From Azolla caroliniana (Eukaryota > Plantae > Polypodiophyta): a stretch of 64,000 nt of DNA. Position numbers and translations under genes: made by a program. A model generated the notes under the pieces. It worked only from the letters and a program-made list of their open reading frames with translations, was not told the DNA's origin and did no database searches. Below are positions 62,150-64,000 of the stretch, piece by piece. The first letter of the stretch is position 1. Every line of letters starts with the position of its first letter. The stretch lies in the NCBI GenBank assembly GCA_043228905.1, contig JBHGNT010000008.1, forward strand, positions 12,462,001 to 12,526,000, given 5' to 3'.

Positions 62150-63906
62150 ATGAATTGAGACACAAAGCTACAAAACGCATTATGGGAATACAGGACCAGT
62201 TATAAGACAAAATTCGCCCAACACTATTCCGAATGGCATTTGGGCTGGAAGCAGTGATGCCCATAAAGTTCCAAATTTCGAGTTTACGGGTGCAAGTGCA
62301 AGAACGACTAAGCAAACGTGAGTCAAAGCATATTCAACTAGAAAAATTGTTGGAACTAGAAGAACATCGACTACATGGCCTAATACAATTGGAATTTGAA
62401 CAACATCGATGACAAGCGTTCGTGGATTGACATCGGAAAGGGAACGAAAAGTAAAAGTAGTTCGGGATCGAAAAACCGATGTTAGTGTTCCACACACGGA
62501 TGGGACTGATGTCGGGGAATTAAAGATTTAGTAGACGGGATTGTATTGGAAAAATGATGAGTTCAAGTGGTCTTATTAGTTGGGGACCTTAGCCAGGTAT
62601 GTGTTTGAAAAATGGGTCAATCGGTATCCATTTAAAGACCGGGTGAAAGAAAATGGACGGGACATACTTAACAACAAGGAAGCCACGGCTTGGCACTCGG
62701 CAATCATGGATGGATGTGACGTTTTGGTAATCTGGAACGGCAGCAACACCAGACAGGTAATGGAGGTAACGGGGCCAGATGATCGACAGAGTCCACGAAA
62801 TCTAGAGCTTACGACATCTGGAGTCGGCCAATAGAGCAAGGAATACAATCAACGTACAATTATGTAAATATGTAAATATGTGATGAAAAAAGAAAAACGA
62901 AAAAAAGAAGTTATACGTAACATTATGATGGTTCCATAATTAGCCACGAAACAGTATCATAACTCCGTAAATAGTCACGATGTACAAGGATGACGAAGCA
63001 CGCGCTAATAAAAAAAACAACGCGATGGTGGACAAAAAGACATAAAGATGGGAATAAAAAGTCAAAGAATCAACAAAGACGTCTCATTCAGAGATAAAAA
63101 ATTTCTAGGAGCACATAGCCAAAGAGAGAACAAGAGCGCCCACAACAAACCGGAAGCACAGGACCAATGGAACTCTCCGTTGTGTTAGTCGGTCGACTAT
63201 AGGGTCGAAGGTTCGGAGTCAGATAGGTCTGAAAGTGTCGGAGTCAATAAGGTTCAAAAGTATGAAGGAGTCGGAGTCTAATAGACAACGCAAAACGATG
63301 AGTCAGCATTTTGCCAAGTAGATAAAAATAGATATATTAGAATTAGTTAGATAGTTTGTGATTGTTCTTGCCGAACAAAGGCAAGTGTATTCTTGGTATA
63401 AGACTCTCGGTTTACCGATAAAAAGGGACGGAGAGCATTGTATTTCTATCGTTCTATTTTGGTATTAATATAAGCTATAGTTACTCAGATATTAAGTCTT
63501 AATTAGTGACTAGTACGTCTATCCATCCTTCTACCACAATCATCTTGATAAAACGTTTGAATCAGAACATTCGACATATTGTGTCGGCTATGCACAATAA
63601 TCGATTGTTGGCCGAACAACACAATAATTTTGGCACGGTACGATGCCAGGTAAACTTCGATTTCAATGGACGGGACCATTCCGGATAATTGTTACCAAAA
63701 ATGGTACATATCTAGTCGGAACATTGGCAGGTGAAATTCTGCCGAAATGGGTAAATGGGTTCAGACTCAAGCCTTACCAAGGATGGATGCTTGAAAACCC
63801 ATTTCAAATTGGTGTCAAAGATGCAATCTTGGCAAAGATGCAACAGAAAAGCATGATGACTTCTTGGCAATGTCTTTTTCAGACTATAAATGGACAAGCC
63901 ACATAA
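62150..63906 (+). pseudogene. Two decayed Gypsy integrase C-terminal fragments with intervening non-coding DNA
   Basis: FRMAFGLEAVMP-type sequence at 62225-62270; MPGKLRFQWTGPF...VNGFRLKPY at 63643-63790. Confidence 0.6.
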
Positions 63907-64000
63907 TCATGCAATCTTCCTTACAGGTGGTGGGCATTGGAAGATATTATTACTATATTGTACTATCGATGTCATTAATAGCATATTCTATTTTAGTAAT

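Overview
This is eukaryotic, transposon-saturated DNA with no recognisable host gene. It is most likely moss or other early land-plant heterochromatin (inferred from the mix of Tcn1-like chromoviral Gypsy, non-chromoviral Gypsy and Copia elements with Met-tRNA PBS). About 52 kb is a deep nest of degenerate LTR retrotransposons, several with verifiable LTR pairs and TSDs. The standout is a 12,248-bp cut-and-paste DNA transposon (1346-13593). It has 25-bp TIRs, GGG...CCC ends and an ATAT TSD, confirmed by an empty site in a sister LTR at 34334. It encodes an intact two-exon 863-aa Sola2-type DDD transposase, a convergent six-exon accessory gene with a RING-H2-like finger, and an FCP1/NIF-like, probably catalytically dead HAD phosphatase ORF. 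Its three long introns are tandem arrays: two are made of the palindrome TAGCTAATTAGCTA, which also sits next to both TIRs, and one is made of telo-box units. An 83-bp satellite lies upstream of the transposase. Other signals are antisense tRNA-type A/B-box modules in the U3 of several unrelated LTR families, Tf1-style self-priming PBSs and a conserved -1 frameshift stem-loop in two chromoviruses, and CG-centred 4-bp TSDs for one Gypsy family. All family and domain calls are from motif recognition by eye, not database searches.
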